Source: Candidatus Rariloculaceae bacterium (GTDB lineage Bacteria > Pseudomonadota > Gammaproteobacteria > Steroidobacterales > Rariloculaceae). From it: a DNA stretch of 64,000 nucleotides. The stretch's first letter is position 1; each line of letters starts with the position of its first letter. Position numbers and translations under genes: made by a program. Location: assembly GCA_965237785.1 (NCBI GenBank), contig OZ250159.1, positions 117,791 through 181,790 on the forward strand. Reading direction: 5' to 3'. Shown piece after piece: positions 19,155 to 29,228 of the stretch. Under the pieces are notes generated by a model. The model had not been told where the DNA came from and made no database searches. It worked only from the letters and a program-made list of their open reading frames with translations.

Positions 19155-19397
19155 TCAACGCCACCGCTGCACGCGCTCTTCGTAGCTCGCCTGCATTCGC
19201 ATCCAGTGCTCGGCGGTCCCCCAGCCGATGCCTTCCAGCACCAGCGCCATGCTCACCGACACCCCAGCGTGCCGGTTCAATACGCGAGACAATGTCCCGC
19301 GCTCACAGCCGAGCCGCTGGGCAGTCTCGCCAACCGGCCAACCGACTTCGTCCATGCTCTCGCGGATCAATTCTCCCAAGTGCGGGGGGTTGAGCAT
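19155..19397 (-). CDS. higA: HigA-family antitoxin (XRE-type HTH)
   Basis: 80-aa ORF, MLNPPHLGELIRESMDEVGWPVGETAQRLGCERGTLSRVLNRHAGVSVSMALVLE, with the typical HigA/VapI layout. Confidence 0.75.
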   Translation of the reverse strand: MLNPPHLGELIRESMDEVGWPVGETAQRLGCERGTLSRVLNRHAGVSVSMALVLEGIGWGTAEHWMRMQASYEERVQRWR

Positions 19398-19446
19398 GGG
19401 CCTACGCGTTCACTATCGCTGGTGTTCATGATCCGCTGCTCGTGTC

Positions 19447-19781
19447 TCAATAATGATGGTAATCGATAAAGTCCATATCGACGACTTCGCCGCGTTCAAA
19501 GCGGAACACGACCCGCCAGTTGCCGGACACCCGCACGCTCCATTGTCCGTCCCTCGTTCCCCACCGGCGAATTCAACTCCCAATGGCTTTCGACCAGGAG
19601 AAATTACCGACTCTTGCAACGGCAACGCCGACTTCAAACCTCCCGCCGCCCGGCAACATTCCCCGACATCCCCCGGCAATCCGCCACGCGAAATTTCGCC
19701 TTCCAGTGCTTCCTATTTCGATCTCCGTCCACTCTGCTACGGTTTCGGCATCAAGAAAATCGACCGCAGCAGGCTGCCCAT
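19447..19781 (-). pseudogene. decayed higB (RelE/ParE-superfamily toxin) upstream of higA
   Basis: Hand translation of the minus strand. The C-terminal part DGQWSVRVSGNWRVVFRFERGEVVDMDFIDYHHY* is clearly HigB-like. It is cut by an in-frame TGA, and upstream pieces (..DFLDAETVAEW.., ..SPGRKPLGVEFAGGERG..) lie in other frames. The length of 335 nt is not a multiple of 3. Confidence 0.45.
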
Positions 19782-20288
19782 GGCGACACGGCTTGTCCCG
19801 AACGGCGCCTGGCTACGCTGGATCCACGCCTAGGGCGCCAGTTCACGACACGGGTATCATGGAAAAGGCGGGTGCGTTTTGTAACCTGCGCGTATACCGG
19901 TCCGGCATACGCAGAAAAATTCCTGATAAATTTCATTTCGTTATCCGTAACCGCACCGATATACGTCCGGCATACGGCGCTTTTTTGAGGCCGTTGGTAT
20001 TTTCCTGCAACATGCATTTTGACGGCGCGCTCGACTGCGCAGCCAAGCTGTGTGGGGTGTGAAAACGCACCGCCGCCCGGCGTCTGTTTCCCGCTTCCTC
20101 GCCCCTCAAGCGCTCGGGTTCCGCAAGCCGGTGTGCATACGGCAGTTAGCCCGAGCGGCGGTGCGTCACGGGGTAGACATTAGACTATAATGCGCGCGGC
20201 GCGGAACAATCGAACCGCCCCGCCTCGGTTATTTACCAATTAGCAAACGATCGGCCTATTGGAATTGCTTACAAGGAGTTGCAGCCTT

Positions 20289-22799
20289 ATGGATCGCAAT
20301 ACACAGGCATCCGGCCCCAGTTTCTTCGCCCCTTCCCTGTCCGTAGCGGGCATCCTGATGTTAATGGCGCTCCCCGCCGCGGGACAAACCGTCGCCGGCA
20401 GCGAGGTCATTGAGGAGGTCGTGGTCGTGGGCACCCGCGCGGCGCCGCGCTCCGTGCAGGACTCCTCCGTTCCCGTTGACGTCATCGGCAGCGAAGCCTT
20501 CGAGAATCAGGGCGGCAGCGACATGACCAACCTGATTCGCTCCGTGGTCCCCTCCTTTCACGTCAGCGACAACCCGTCCCGCGACCTGGCGGCGCTCTTG
20601 CGGCCCGTCAATCTGCGCGGCCTGGCGCCGGATCACACGCTGGTGCTGATGAACAACAAGCGCCGCCACCGGGGCTCGGTGATTCAGTGGATCTCCAACG
20701 GCGCGTCCAACGGCGCGCAAGGGCCGGACATCTCCGCCATCCCCTCGATCGCCGTCGAACGCATGGAGGTGCTGCGCGACGGAGCCTCCGCCCAGTACGG
20801 CTCCGATGCCATCGCCGGGGTGCTGAACTTCGTGCTCAAGGACGCAAGCGAAGGCTTCTCCCTTTCCGCCAAAAGCGGCTATTACACCGAGGACACCGGC
20901 GAGGACAGGACCAGTATCGCCGGCAATATCGGCTTGCCGCTGTCGGACAACGGCTTCGCCAACTTCAGTTTCGAGTACGCGCAATCCGCCCCCACCGACC
21001 GTAGCGTTCAGCATGGCCACGCCACCCAACTCATTGAGGCCGGCATACCCAACGTGGCCGTACCGGCCAAGCCCTGGGGTTCGCCCGAGATCAACGACAG
21101 CATCAGCCTCGTGGCCAACATCGGCATGGACCTTGCCGATGGCCACCAGCTCTATGCCTTCGGCAACTCCTCCAGCCGCGAGGTGGAGACGTTCTTCTTC
21201 TTCCGCAGCCCCATGAACCGCAACGGCGTGTACAAGACCGGCGCCAACAAATTCCTGGTCGGCGGCCCAGGCTGCCAGGCCAAATACGATGTGGCCTCCA
21301 CCGCCGCCAACGTATCCCCCTTCCACGATAGGCTGGTCGCGGACACCGGCTGCTTTTCTTTCGTCGAACTCTACCCGGAGGGCTTCACGCCCATGTTCGG
21401 TGCGGAGATAAGCGACACTTCCGGCGTCGCCGGCGTCAGGGGCGACCTGGCGAACGGCCTGTTCTACGATGTTTCCGCGAGCATCGGCAAAAACAGCATG
21501 GCCGGCTACCTCAAGAACTCGCTCAACGCGTCTCTCGGCCCCGACTCCCAGCGCGACTTCGACATCGGCGATTACACCCAGACAGAAACCAACTTCAACA
21601 TCGACCTCGCCTATCCCGTCGATGTGGGCTGGGCCTCCGACCTCAACATCGCCGGCGGCCTCGAAGCGCGCAATGAGGAATTCAAGATCACCGCCGGCGA
21701 GAAGGCCTCCTATGAGACCGGCTCCTATGGGCAGTACGGGTTCGCCGCCCGTTCCAACGGCTTCGGCGGCTTCAACCCGGCGTCGTCCGGGGCGTGGGAC
21801 CGGGCCAATGTCGCCGGCTACCTCGACCTGGAGGCCGATGCGACGGAAAACTGGCGCATTGGCGGCGCCCTGCGCTGGGAGGACTTCGACGGCTTCGGCT
21901 CCACAACCAACGTCAAGCTGGCGACCCGGATCCAGGTCTCCGACGCCTTCGCACTGCGCGGCTCCGTCGGCACCGGTTTTCGCGCGCCCACCCCGGGGCA
22001 GTCCAACGCCCGCAACCTGTCCACGGTGGTCAGAGCCTCCGACAACGTCTTCGTGGAGCAAGGCACGATCGGTTCCACGCACCCGGTGGCGCTGGCGCTG
22101 GGCGGCCGCGAGCTTCAGCCCGAGGCGTCGGACAACCTCTCAGTGGGCGCCGTGTTCGCGCTGGACAACGGCCTCAGCATCACCGTGGACTACTTCAGCA
22201 TCGATATCAATGATCGCATCGCGTTGTCCGGCAACTTCGCGGTCACCCCGGAGATCCAGCAGGAACTGATCGCACAGGGCGTTCCAGGGGCCGCGGAGTT
22301 CACGTCGGTGCGGTACTTCACTAACGACTTCGACACCGAGACCACGGGCGTGGACGTGGTGCTCAGCCACGGCTGGGAAACGCGTGCCGGCGCCACCGAC
22401 CTGCTGTTCTCCTACAACCACACCGAGACGGACGTGGTGAATTCGACCCTCGTCGGGGGGAGCACCATCACGAACCTGGAGCGCGGTTCGCCGCGGACCC
22501 GCTACAACGTGACGCTGACCCACGCCACGAACAACTGGTACTTGATGGCCCGCTACGGCCAGTTCGGCGAGTGGTACGACGATCACACCGGGAATTTTGA
22601 AGGCGGCTATGGCCTCCTGGATGTGCTCGCGGAGTACCGTTTCGATGGCGGCTTCTCGGTCGCGCTGGGGGTGGAAAACGTGCTGGACGAATACCCGGAC
22701 GAGGCGATCAACTTCGGCAACGGGCGCAAGTACCCCCGCTACTCACCGGGCGGCCACAACGGTTCCCTGCTTTACGCCCGCATCAACTACTCGCTGTAG
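20289..22799 (+). CDS. TonB-dependent receptor
   Basis: ORF 20259..22799. ATG 20289 has AAGGAG 10 nt upstream. Has a signal peptide, IEEVVVVGTRAAPRSVQDSSVPVDVI, VLMNNKRRH and LRDGASAQYGSDAIAGVLNFVLK. Paralogous to the 16447..19107 receptor. Confidence 0.9.
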   Translation: MDRNTQASGPSFFAPSLSVAGILMLMALPAAGQTVAGSEVIEEVVVVGTRAAPRSVQDSSVPVDVIGSEAFENQGGSDMTNLIRSVVPSFHVSDNPSRDLAALLRPVNLRGLAPDHTLVLMNNKRRHRGSVIQWISNGASNGAQGPDISAIPSIAVERMEVLRDGASAQYGSDAIAGVLNFVLKDASEGFSLSAKSGYYTEDTGEDRTSIAGNIGLPLSDNGFANFSFEYAQSAPTDRSVQHGHATQLIEAGIPNVAVPAKPWGSPEINDSISLVANIGMDLADGHQLYAFGNSSSREVETFFFFRSPMNRNGVYKTGANKFLVGGPGCQAKYDVASTAANVSPFHDRLVADTGCFSFVELYPEGFTPMFGAEISDTSGVAGVRGDLANGLFYDVSASIGKNSMAGYLKNSLNASLGPDSQRDFDIGDYTQTETNFNIDLAYPVDVGWASDLNIAGGLEARNEEFKITAGEKASYETGSYGQYGFAARSNGFGGFNPASSGAWDRANVAGYLDLEADATENWRIGGALRWEDFDGFGSTTNVKLATRIQVSDAFALRGSVGTGFRAPTPGQSNARNLSTVVRASDNVFVEQGTIGSTHPVALALGGRELQPEASDNLSVGAVFALDNGLSITVDYFSIDINDRIALSGNFAVTPEIQQELIAQGVPGAAEFTSVRYFTNDFDTETTGVDVVLSHGWETRAGATDLLFSYNHTETDVVNSTLVGGSTITNLERGSPRTRYNVTLTHATNNWYLMARYGQFGEWYDDHTGNFEGGYGLLDVLAEYRFDGGFSVALGVENVLDEYPDEAINFGNGRKYPRYSPGGHNGSLLYARINYSL

Positions 22800-22938
22800 G
22801 TCGCTCGCCGGCGAGTTGTTCGCGCCCCGCTTCCCGGCGCCGAGCCGTTCGAAGTCGTCACCCGGCCCACCGCGCTACAGCGCGAGGCCCTCGAACTGCT
22901 CGGCGACTTTGCGGCGAAGGGGCCGCGCTGGAAACAGG

Positions 22939-23994
22939 CTAATGCAGGTTTCCAGCCGCAAACAGCCGGCCGTAATGTTCGAGAAGCGTCGTGGCTTCCG
23001 CCACCAGGGCCCCGCCGTCGATGCCGTCCCTGGCCACGACCGAAATCCAGCGTTCGGCAACCTGGCGCTGACTCCGCAGCCTGAGAAGTTCAACCTCGTC
23101 GGGTGAAAGGTAGATGAATTCACCCGACGCCTGGGCCGCCTGCTCGCCCGCCACTTCCATGGCGACCCACATTTCGCCCATCCACCTGGCGACGTTGCGC
23201 CCCGAATTGGCGTCGATCACGGCCTTGAGATCCGCTGGCAGGCGGTCGTAGGAGGCCTGATTCATGGACAGCATGAGAACCTGGGCATTCAATCGCGGCC
23301 AGGTCTCACTCTCAAGCAGAATGTGATAGTCCACCAGATCGTGGACCTTGAGCCCGAACGACGCCTCGTACGGGATCAGCGCGGCGTCGACAATGCCCTT
23401 GGAGAGCATTTCCGGGATTTTCTGAACCGTCGTGCCGATGGCCGTTGCACCCCAGGATTCCACCATCCAGCCCGCCACACGGGTAGGAATCCGGTACTTC
23501 ATGCCCGCCAACTCCGCTGTGGTGCGAATCGGTACCTTGGAATGGATGAGTTGACCGGCGTGCACGAACACCGAAATGAGCTTGTGGCCCTGGAATTCCC
23601 GCGGGTGGTTGTCGATGAAGTCCTGGATTGCAAAGTTCATCACCACGGGATGGGCGGCGAGAAAGGGCAGTTCGAAGACCTCGATGCGGGGAAATCGTCC
23701 GGGCGTGTACCCTGGAAGGGTCCAGACGATGTCGACTATGCCGTCGTAAGCTTGGTCGATCAGCGCCGGAGCCTGACCGCCCAGATGCATCGAGGGGTAA
23801 ATGTCGATCTGAAGGCGCCCACCGGAGTCGGCTTCGACTTTCTCCGCCCACGGCGCCAGCATCATGGCATGTCCCGGAGCGACGGGCGGCAGCATGTGAT
23901 GCGCCTTCAGACGGTATTCCTGAGCGTGGATCGGCGCGGCAGCGAAAGCAAGCAATAACGGGACGATTCTTAACATGCGTGCAGCATAACGCAT
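22939..23994 (-). CDS. TRAP-transporter substrate-binding protein (DctP family), no DctQ/M partner in the window
   Basis: ORF 22939..24225 trimmed to MRYAARMLRIVPLLLAFAAAPIHAQEYRLKAHHMLPP (alternative ATG at 23976). DctP-like body. Confidence 0.7.
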   Translation of the reverse strand: MRYAARMLRIVPLLLAFAAAPIHAQEYRLKAHHMLPPVAPGHAMMLAPWAEKVEADSGGRLQIDIYPSMHLGGQAPALIDQAYDGIVDIVWTLPGYTPGRFPRIEVFELPFLAAHPVVMNFAIQDFIDNHPREFQGHKLISVFVHAGQLIHSKVPIRTTAELAGMKYRIPTRVAGWMVESWGATAIGTTVQKIPEMLSKGIVDAALIPYEASFGLKVHDLVDYHILLESETWPRLNAQVLMLSMNQASYDRLPADLKAVIDANSGRNVARWMGEMWVAMEVAGEQAAQASGEFIYLSPDEVELLRLRSQRQVAERWISVVARDGIDGGALVAEATTLLEHYGRLFAAGNLH

Positions 23995-24205
23995 ACCGGG
24001 ACGGGTTGAGACGGGGGAGGGCAAAAGAGGAGGGGCGCCCCCAAGGCCGCGCCCCCAATGTCCGGCATTGCCGCTGTCAGTGGATGCTACTCCCCCGGAT
24101 TCGTTGTCGCGTGTTGCGTATTCGCAACATCCCGGGCGACGCCAACATTGTACCACCGGGCAGCGAAATTGTCGCTGCAATTTCCGGCTTGTGGGAATTT
24201 CGCAC

Positions 24206-26767
24206 TCACCGGGCAAAATCGACACTCAGGCGAAAGTACGCAAACCGCCCGAAAAGTCCGAAAGGCGTCTCGGTCGGGTAACGGATCCCCCAGAGAATGT
24301 TGGACAGGTGCGTCTTCGGGAGCTCGGATGGCAATTCGTCGGCTATGTTGTTGATGCCCAGCGCACCGCGCACGATGCCGGCCCGGAAGCGCGCCTCAAC
24401 GTCGACGGTGGTCGCCGCGTCAATCCCGATCATGCCCGTATCCAACGGGTGCTGCGTCGTGGCGCCAAAGTGGTTTAGGCGCAGCAGCCCGCCAACTACG
24501 GCGTGTTGCCAATCCGCGGTGAAATTGGCTTGGCGGCGCGGTTGGCCATGCTCCAGGATTTCTTCCGTCCAACCACCGAAATAGTCTGAAAAACTCAGAT
24601 CGCCAGGCGCGCCGGCCGGCATCTTGCGATCGACGATGCGGGTCTTGTTGAGGTTGGCATTGGCGGAAAGCAGGAGATGCCCGGCGGCGGCCGGCGTTCC
24701 CCAGCGCACGGAAAAATCGGCGCCCTGGGTTTCGGTGTCTACGCCATTAAAGAAAAACGCGGCTGTCCCCACCCGCGCGGCATCGCATGCGGCGACGCCG
24801 GCGCAGCCGATGCCCCGGGACCGGACCACACGGTCTGCAACGTTTGTTCTATAGGCGTCGATGCTTAGATCGAAATTATCCAGCGTCAGGACCAGGCCGC
24901 CGCTCACATTGGCCGACGTTTCATGCGCCAGGGACTCCACGCCGAAGACCCGGGCGACATCGTGGCCCTCGTTGACGGCGAATACCGTCGTCAAGCCGGC
25001 TTCGCTGCCGACGAACAGGATCGAATTAAAGCGCCTCTGGGAGAGGCTCGGGGCGCGAAAACCCGTGGACAGCGCTCCGCGCAATGCAAACCCGCCACCG
25101 AGGCGAAGTCGTGCCGCCAGTTTTCCGGTGGTCTGCGAGCCGGCATCGCTATAGCTCTCGGCGCGCAGTGCGGCCCCGACGTATAAAGCATCCGTGGGCT
25201 GGAACTCCAGTTCGACATAGGCACCGTCGTTGTCGCGGCCATCGTCGCTCAAGCGCGCGTTCAGCGGGCTGTAGCCCGGATACCCCTGGAATCCGCAGGC
25301 GGCCACGGTACCGGTAAGGGGGACGCCGCCGGGTCCGACTGCGAACGCGCCGTAGTCCTGCGCGTGCGGCAATCCGCACGACCACGAGGCTACATCGCCC
25401 GCGACCTGTCGGTAATTTTCGAGGCGGTGTTCGAAACCCGCGGCCAGGGCGCTCAATACGCTGTCGTCGAACGTTCGGCGCACATCGAAGTTGAGCGTCA
25501 ATTGATCGAACTCGATGCCCCCGCTATTGCCGTCGAGCGGTCCGGCATTGGCGACGATGTCGGTGACCGTCGCATCCGGGTTGCGATCGAGATAGTGAGC
25601 ACCGATGGATGCGTTGATTGTGTTGGTCACGCTGAATTCGTATTCGTTGCGGCCGTAGCCGGCGCTCAGGTCGAGGTCCCAGCCGGATACGGTACTGCGC
25701 CAACCGGCGACGGCGGAAACGTCATCGATGCGGGATTCCTCATAGGGCAGAAAGCCGTTCGGGTAGACCGGGTGCGTGTTTCGCTCGTGGAAGTTGATGA
25801 AATTGGGCACCACGAAATCCCACGTGTCGTCACCCGATTCCAGGCCTTCCCAATAGTTGTAGCGGAACCGATAGGCTCCGCTGGCGCGGCCCTTGCGGCG
25901 AGAGAGGCCGCCAAATGCGTAGAGTTCCGCTGCGTCGCCCATGGGTAGCGCGGCGTTGAGGAATAGAAATGCGCTGTCGATCGCCGGCGAACTGTCTACA
26001 ATGAGTTCGTCCTGGAAATCGGGGTCCAGGCCGCCGTTGCCACCGTTGCGTTGCAGCGGGTCCTCCTCGTACCATTCCGCGGTGACGTTGAGGAACCCGT
26101 CATCTCCCAACGGGATTCCGCCGTTGAACGCCGCGCCCAGCCGCGAGCCGTTACCATCGCCCGTACCGCCTTGAAGGGTGATTTCGCCGCCATCTGCGCG
26201 GTCCCTCAATTCCAGATTGATGACTCCGGCAATCGCATCGGAACCGTATTGCGCGGCGGCGCCGTCGCGAAGAACTTCGATACGGGACACAGCCGTTGAC
26301 GGCATGGCGCCAAGGTCCGTACCGCCGGTGCCGTAGCCGATCACCCCGTCGAGCACGCGCAGCCACGCCATGTTGTGACGCCGCTTGCCGTTGACAAGTA
26401 CCAGGGTCTGGTCGGGATTCAAGCCCCGTAGCGTGGCCGCACGCAGCAGTGCGCCGTCGCCCACGGACTGGCGGGAATAGTTGAACGATGGCGCCAGTTT
26501 GGTCAGGGCGGCACCGAGGTCGGCCTCGCCGGCGCGCTCGACATCGACGCCCTGGAACACGTCCACGCCGACCGGCAACTCGTTGGCCAGGGTCTCCACG
26601 CGGGCTCGGCTGCCGAGAACGACGATCTCTTCGATACCACGTGGGTTTGCCTGATCGACCGACGCCCGGTTCTGGGCGAGTGCGGGCGCGGCGGCCGCAA
26701 GAACCGCGGTATAGCCTAACGACAGTCGCGTACAACGAACCAAGGGAACGCGAATTGAATGGCGCAT
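24206..26767 (-). CDS. TonB-dependent receptor
   Basis: 853-aa ORF. Has a signal peptide, IEEIVVLGSRARVE, VLVNGKRRH and LRDGAAAQYGSDAIAGVINLELR, then a beta-barrel. Confidence 0.9.
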   Translation of the reverse strand: MRHSIRVPLVRCTRLSLGYTAVLAAAAPALAQNRASVDQANPRGIEEIVVLGSRARVETLANELPVGVDVFQGVDVERAGEADLGAALTKLAPSFNYSRQSVGDGALLRAATLRGLNPDQTLVLVNGKRRHNMAWLRVLDGVIGYGTGGTDLGAMPSTAVSRIEVLRDGAAAQYGSDAIAGVINLELRDRADGGEITLQGGTGDGNGSRLGAAFNGGIPLGDDGFLNVTAEWYEEDPLQRNGGNGGLDPDFQDELIVDSSPAIDSAFLFLNAALPMGDAAELYAFGGLSRRKGRASGAYRFRYNYWEGLESGDDTWDFVVPNFINFHERNTHPVYPNGFLPYEESRIDDVSAVAGWRSTVSGWDLDLSAGYGRNEYEFSVTNTINASIGAHYLDRNPDATVTDIVANAGPLDGNSGGIEFDQLTLNFDVRRTFDDSVLSALAAGFEHRLENYRQVAGDVASWSCGLPHAQDYGAFAVGPGGVPLTGTVAACGFQGYPGYSPLNARLSDDGRDNDGAYVELEFQPTDALYVGAALRAESYSDAGSQTTGKLAARLRLGGGFALRGALSTGFRAPSLSQRRFNSILFVGSEAGLTTVFAVNEGHDVARVFGVESLAHETSANVSGGLVLTLDNFDLSIDAYRTNVADRVVRSRGIGCAGVAACDAARVGTAAFFFNGVDTETQGADFSVRWGTPAAAGHLLLSANANLNKTRIVDRKMPAGAPGDLSFSDYFGGWTEEILEHGQPRRQANFTADWQHAVVGGLLRLNHFGATTQHPLDTGMIGIDAATTVDVEARFRAGIVRGALGINNIADELPSELPKTHLSNILWGIRYPTETPFGLFGRFAYFRLSVDFAR

Positions 26768-26836
26768 AGTAGTTCCCCAAAGAATTTTTCATGCACTGCT
26801 ACACGCAATTCTATCGCAATAATGACGTTCTGCTGA

Positions 26837-26862
26837 CCGTGGGTCTGTACCGTGGGTCTGTA
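26837..26862. repeat. perfect 13-bp tandem direct repeat (ccgtgggtctgta x2) in the promoter region of the 24206..26767 receptor
   Basis: Read directly at 26837-26849 and 26850-26862, 70-95 bp upstream of the receptor ATG (26767, minus strand). Confidence 0.8.
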
Positions 26863-26913
26863 CAGTGTGCGCGTCGGGACGAGAATGCCCGAACTCGTCC
26901 GCGGGAGCGTGGA

Positions 26914-28077
26914 CTAACCTTCCCTCAACAAGGTCGCGATCGGCGCTCGGGAGGCCGACCAGGCGGGGAAGAAGCCGCCGATGACGGCCGTGATCATGGC
27001 GACGCCGATCCCCGCGCCGAGCACATCCGGTGTCGTGCGCAGTACGAAGCGCATTTCGCTGAACATGAGGAAATTGGTGGTTCCCGCCGAGACACCGTTC
27101 AAGGGCAATGAGAGCAGCGCTCCAAGAGCGCCGGCCGCCAGCCCGAGCACGGCCGCTTCGAGCACGAATACGCTGAGAACGGTCCGCCGCTTGAAACCCA
27201 ACACCCGCAGGGTTGCGATCTCCTTGCTTCGTGCGGAGACCTGCGCGTACATGGTATTGGCGGCCGCGAAGCAGGCGCCGAATCCCATCATGAACGCTAT
27301 CAGGTTGCCCAGTAACAGAAACACGCCGCTGGAGGCGCTGCTCTGCGCTTCGAAGTAGCTGGGCTCGTCGCGGGCATCCACATCGATCTGCTGGTTGTTT
27401 TCCGCCGCGTCGATCAATGCTTGCACCTCCGCCGGCGAGTTCGCTTTCAGGCGCGTCGACGAATAGGTGTTCGGCCGGCGGAAGGCATCGCCGAACTCCT
27501 GCACGTTGCCCCAGATTTCGGATCCATAGCTGGAGCCGGCGGCATCGAAAATGCCCGCCACGGTAAAGGTGTATCGCCCCAGTTCCAGCGTATTACCCAA
27601 CTCCAGGCCCGCGACTCGGCCCGCGAGTTGGTCGCCGACGATGATTTCGGTTTGCCCGGGCTCGAATTGCCGGCCTTGGGTCATGCGGATGTAAGGACGA
27701 AGGGCGAACGCTTCGTCCTCCACGCCGCGCAACATCGTATTTGTCTCGCTGCCGTCCACGCGCTCCAGGATCTGCAGAGTGATGGTCTCGCCGGACGCCA
27801 GAAGCTCTCCATCCGCTGTGCGGGCGACTCCGGGCAAGGCGGCGAGGATGCGGCGAGTCTCCGCCGGGAAATAGCTCTCCATCTCGGTATTGGAGCCGTC
27901 ACGCAGAACTATCACCGTGGAGCTGTCGCCGCTGGTGGCGAAAGCCACCCGCAGGCCCGCTCCGAGCGCCAGCACGCCGATGTAGACCAGGACGACGAAG
28001 GCGATGGAGACGACCGTCATGAGGGTATTCGCCTTGCGAACGAACAGGCTCCTGACGTTGTACTTGAGCGGAATCAT
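26914..28077 (-). CDS. ABC transporter permease, FtsX/MacB-type
   Basis: ORF 26914..28671 trimmed to MIPLKYNVRSLFVRKANTLMT... (ATG 28077, ATGA overlap with the upstream permease stop). Has a large periplasmic loop and the C-terminal FtsX 3-TM module (EIATLRVLGFKR). Confidence 0.85.
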   Translation of the reverse strand: MIPLKYNVRSLFVRKANTLMTVVSIAFVVLVYIGVLALGAGLRVAFATSGDSSTVIVLRDGSNTEMESYFPAETRRILAALPGVARTADGELLASGETITLQILERVDGSETNTMLRGVEDEAFALRPYIRMTQGRQFEPGQTEIIVGDQLAGRVAGLELGNTLELGRYTFTVAGIFDAAGSSYGSEIWGNVQEFGDAFRRPNTYSSTRLKANSPAEVQALIDAAENNQQIDVDARDEPSYFEAQSSASSGVFLLLGNLIAFMMGFGACFAAANTMYAQVSARSKEIATLRVLGFKRRTVLSVFVLEAAVLGLAAGALGALLSLPLNGVSAGTTNFLMFSEMRFVLRTTPDVLGAGIGVAMITAVIGGFFPAWSASRAPIATLLREG

Positions 28078-29225
28078 CAGGCGACGCGCCGCAGACCGTC
28101 GACGATCTTCATATTCATCGCCTGCAGCGCGGGGACCAGACCGGCCGCCAGGCCGAGCAGTACGCCGATGCCGATCACCAGCCCCAGTGTCCGGCCGGTC
28201 AGTCTGAGCGCCGTGAATACGATACCCTGGGTTTCCAGAAACGAGGTCAGCGCGCTGGTCACCACGGGGATGACGGCGGCGCCGAAGGCCGCGCCCAACA
28301 CGCCGACGCCCAGCGACTCCAGGAGCACGATGGCGAGCACCTTGGAGCGGGTGAAGCCCAGCGTTCTGAGTACCGCGACCTCGGTGGCTCGCTCCCGGGA
28401 CGCCATGGCCATGGTGTTCACCGTGATGAAAAAGATGGACGCGATCACGGCCAGGCCGATGGCGGAAAACAGAAACTGGACATTGCCCAGCATTTCCAGG
28501 AAGGAGAGATAGAAAGCCTCCTCGGTCTCGACCCGCACCCGGTCCGGCGAGTTCTCGAACATGACTTCCGCCTGGGTGATGGTTTCGTTCATGTACTCCG
28601 AGGAATCCAGCCGCAGGTAGTACATGCCGACGTTTCCGGGGTTGCCCAGCGCCTCCTCGACGTACTGCCAATCGAAATAAATCACGCGTTCCTGGGCCTG
28701 ATCGTCCACATGGGTAAAGATCCCCCGGAGGGTCAGCTCAAGATCCACCGGGAAGATATCTCCGGTCACGGCGATGACGTCGCCCAGCTCCCATCCCTTA
28801 TCCTCGGCCAGCGCCCGGCCGGCGATAAACGCGGTTCGCTCCGCGCGCCAGGCATCTGCCTGTTCGGGACTGATCTGCAACTCCGGGAGAACGTCGAGCA
28901 GGGTGTCCGGGTTGGTGCCGAAGCGAGGGAACATGTTTTCGGGCCGGTCATCGATATAGCGTCCCTGAAACCAGTTCATCGTGGTGACGGCGCTGACGTG
29001 TTCCAACGTCTCAAGCCGCTGCTCGTAGGCGGCGGGCAGCGTGAAGGTCAGCGAGATGGCGTTGCGCACCACCAGACGGTTGGCCGCCGCGGCGTTCGCC
29101 CCCGTCATGGCGGCCAGCATCAGGTCCAGGAATGACAGCAGCACCAGCGCGATCGCGATGCTGAGCACGGTGAGGATCGTGCGGCGCTTGTTGCGTAAGA
29201 GATTGCGGCGGATGAGCTTGAACAT
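28077..29225 (-). CDS. ABC transporter permease, FtsX/MacB-type
   Basis: 382-aa ORF, MFKLIRRNLLRNKRRTILTVLSIAIA..., with the FtsX module (EVAVLRTLGFTRSKV). Confidence 0.85.
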   Translation of the reverse strand: MFKLIRRNLLRNKRRTILTVLSIAIALVLLSFLDLMLAAMTGANAAAANRLVVRNAISLTFTLPAAYEQRLETLEHVSAVTTMNWFQGRYIDDRPENMFPRFGTNPDTLLDVLPELQISPEQADAWRAERTAFIAGRALAEDKGWELGDVIAVTGDIFPVDLELTLRGIFTHVDDQAQERVIYFDWQYVEEALGNPGNVGMYYLRLDSSEYMNETITQAEVMFENSPDRVRVETEEAFYLSFLEMLGNVQFLFSAIGLAVIASIFFITVNTMAMASRERATEVAVLRTLGFTRSKVLAIVLLESLGVGVLGAAFGAAVIPVVTSALTSFLETQGIVFTALRLTGRTLGLVIGIGVLLGLAAGLVPALQAMNMKIVDGLRRVA

Positions 29226-29228
29226 GTG

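Noticed and set aside
22800-22938. Open frame in the convergent gap between the receptor and the TRAP binding-protein gene (..EPFEVVTRPTALQREALELLG..)
   Set aside because: It is short, has no start codon or RBS, and has no recognisable family. It is treated as intergenic sequence.
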